From Chiloscyllium plagiosum (Eukaryota): a stretch of 20,000 nucleotides of DNA. Made by a program: the position numbers and the translations under genes. Positions 18,546-20,000 of this stretch are shown here, piece by piece (within the stretch, counting starts at the first letter, position 1; every line of letters starts with the position of its first letter). The notes beneath the pieces were generated by a model. It was not told the DNA's origin, made no database searches, and saw nothing but the letters and a program-made list of their open reading frames with translations. The stretch is taken from assembly GCF_004010195.1 (NCBI RefSeq), contig NC_057719.1, positions 87,977,929 to 87,997,928 of the forward strand, written 5' to 3'.

Positions 18546-20000
18546 TTTTCTGTGTTCCCTGGATCCTGCCCTCTATTACACCCCCACCCCTTTCTCTGTG
18601 TTCCCTAGATTTTGCCCTCTTTGACATCCTTCTCTATCTCTCTGTGTGGTTCCTGGATATTGTCCACTCGTGTATCCCTCTCTCTGTCTCTCTCTGTTTC
18701 TTGGGTCTTGCCCTCTATCATACCCCTCTCTATGTCTCCGTGTGTTCCCTGGATCTTGCACTCGATTATATCCCTCGCTATGTCTCCATGTGTCTGACCG
18801 TTGTAGTACAAACAGTCTCACAGAGGGCAGCTCACACCTTAAAAGCATTATCTGGGCCGATGTGACACCAATTATTAAAGTTCACTTGAGAAAGTAACTT
18901 TTAAAAAAAAGTTTTGTGATTTACCTATGAAAGAACAGAAACCAACATCGTCATTCTAAAAGATGAGAGACATAACAAACACTCCAGGTCATTTTCAAAA
19001 TATAATTTCAGTTACATCACACTGTAACCTTTTGCTTTAAATTCTGTGTCTTATGATCATGCACTCCACAACCACCTGATGATGGGTCAGTACTCTGAAA
19101 GCTAGTGCTTCCAAATAAACCTGTTGGACTGTAACCTGGTTGTGTGATTTTTAACTTTAACCCTGGATCTTGTCCTCTATTATATCCCTCTCTATGTCTC
19201 GGTGAGTTTCCTGGATCCTGCCCTCTATTATATCCCTCTCCATCTCTCCCTGTGTGTTCCCCGGATCCTTCCCTCCATTATATCCCTCTCTACCTCTCGC
19301 TGTGCTCCTGGACGCTTCCCTCTATTATATCCCTCTCTATCTCTCCCCATGTTCCCTGGATCCTTCCCTCTATTATATCCCTCTCTATCTCTCTCTCTGT
19401 GTTCCCTGGATCCTTCCCTCTATTGTATCCCTCTCTATCTCTCCCTGTGTTCCCTGGATCCTTCCCTCTATTACATCCCTCTCTATCTGTCCCTGTGTTC
19501 CCACGATCCTTCCCTCTATTATATCCCTCTCTATCCCTCCTCGTGTTCCCTGGATCCTTCCCTCTATTACATCCCTCTCTATCTTTCCCTATGTTCGCTG
19601 GATCCTTCCCTCTATTATATCTCTCTCTATCTCTCCCTATGTTCCCTGGATCCTTCCCTCTATTATATCCCTTCCTATCTGTCCCTCTGTTCCCAGGATC
19701 CTTCCCTCTATTATATCTCTCTCCATCTCTCCTTGTGTTCCCTCGATCCTTCCCTCTATTATATCTCTCTCTATCTCTCCCTATGTTCCCTGGATCCTTC
19801 CCTCTATTATATCCCTTCCTATCTGTCCCTCTGTTCCCAGGATCCTTCCCTCTATTACATCCCTCTCTATCTCTCCCTGTGTTCCCCGGATCCCTTCTTC
19901 TATTATATTCCTCTCTACCTCTCTCTGTGTTCCTCGATCCTTCCCTCTATTATTTCCCTCTCTATCCCTCCTAGTGTTCCCTGGATCCTTCCCTCTATTA
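18546..20000. repeat. 48-bp pyrimidine-rich minisatellite (~5 diverged units, an insertion, then ~17 units to the window edge)
   Basis: Unit CCCTGGATCCTTCCCTCTATTATATCCCTCTCTATCTCTCCCTGTGTT; the 16-aa periodicity of ORF 19144-19974 confirms a 48-bp period. Confidence 0.95.
18794..19158 (+). mobile_element. Penelope-like family B-related 3' fragment inserted in the minisatellite (decayed HHR at 19073-19107)
   Basis: TATAATTTCAGTTACATCACACTG...CACCTGATGA...GAAAGCTAGTGCTTCCAAATAAACCTGTTGGACT...GTGTGATTTTTAACTTT is homologous to 18022-18181. Confidence 0.85.

Noticed and set aside
19144..19974. 276-aa Pro/Ser/Leu-rich ORF
   Set aside because: By-product of a stop-poor 48-bp (16-codon) minisatellite; it starts at GTG inside a PLE fragment and has no gene context.
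18546..20000. Regular repeats resembling a CRISPR array
   Set aside because: Units are contiguous with no unique spacers, there are no cas genes, and the context is vertebrate.

Overview
Eukaryotic, repeat-dense, non-genic DNA, almost certainly from a cartilaginous fish (HE1/V-SINE-type SINEs, shark-type CR1 LINEs). I see no host protein-coding gene. Nearly all of it is decayed, nested retroelements: a Gmr1-type Gypsy LTR element (protease followed directly by integrase), a second Gypsy element split by CR1, Penelope-type and Tx1 insertions, a near full-length Rex1/Babar LINE inside a SINE, several CR1 fragments, five SINE copies, a 756-N gap and a 48-bp minisatellite at the right end. The most notable signal is eight short Penelope-like (PLE) terminal insertions in two families. 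Seven carry minimal type I hammerhead ribozyme (HHR) motifs (CUGANGA-stem II-GAAA-NN-UH), of which three cores look intact. Four of the eight are inverted duplications whose second arm lacks the last 33-36 nt, and most have readable target-site duplications (TSDs). HHRs in PLEs are known in general; I cannot tell from sequence alone whether these families are described.
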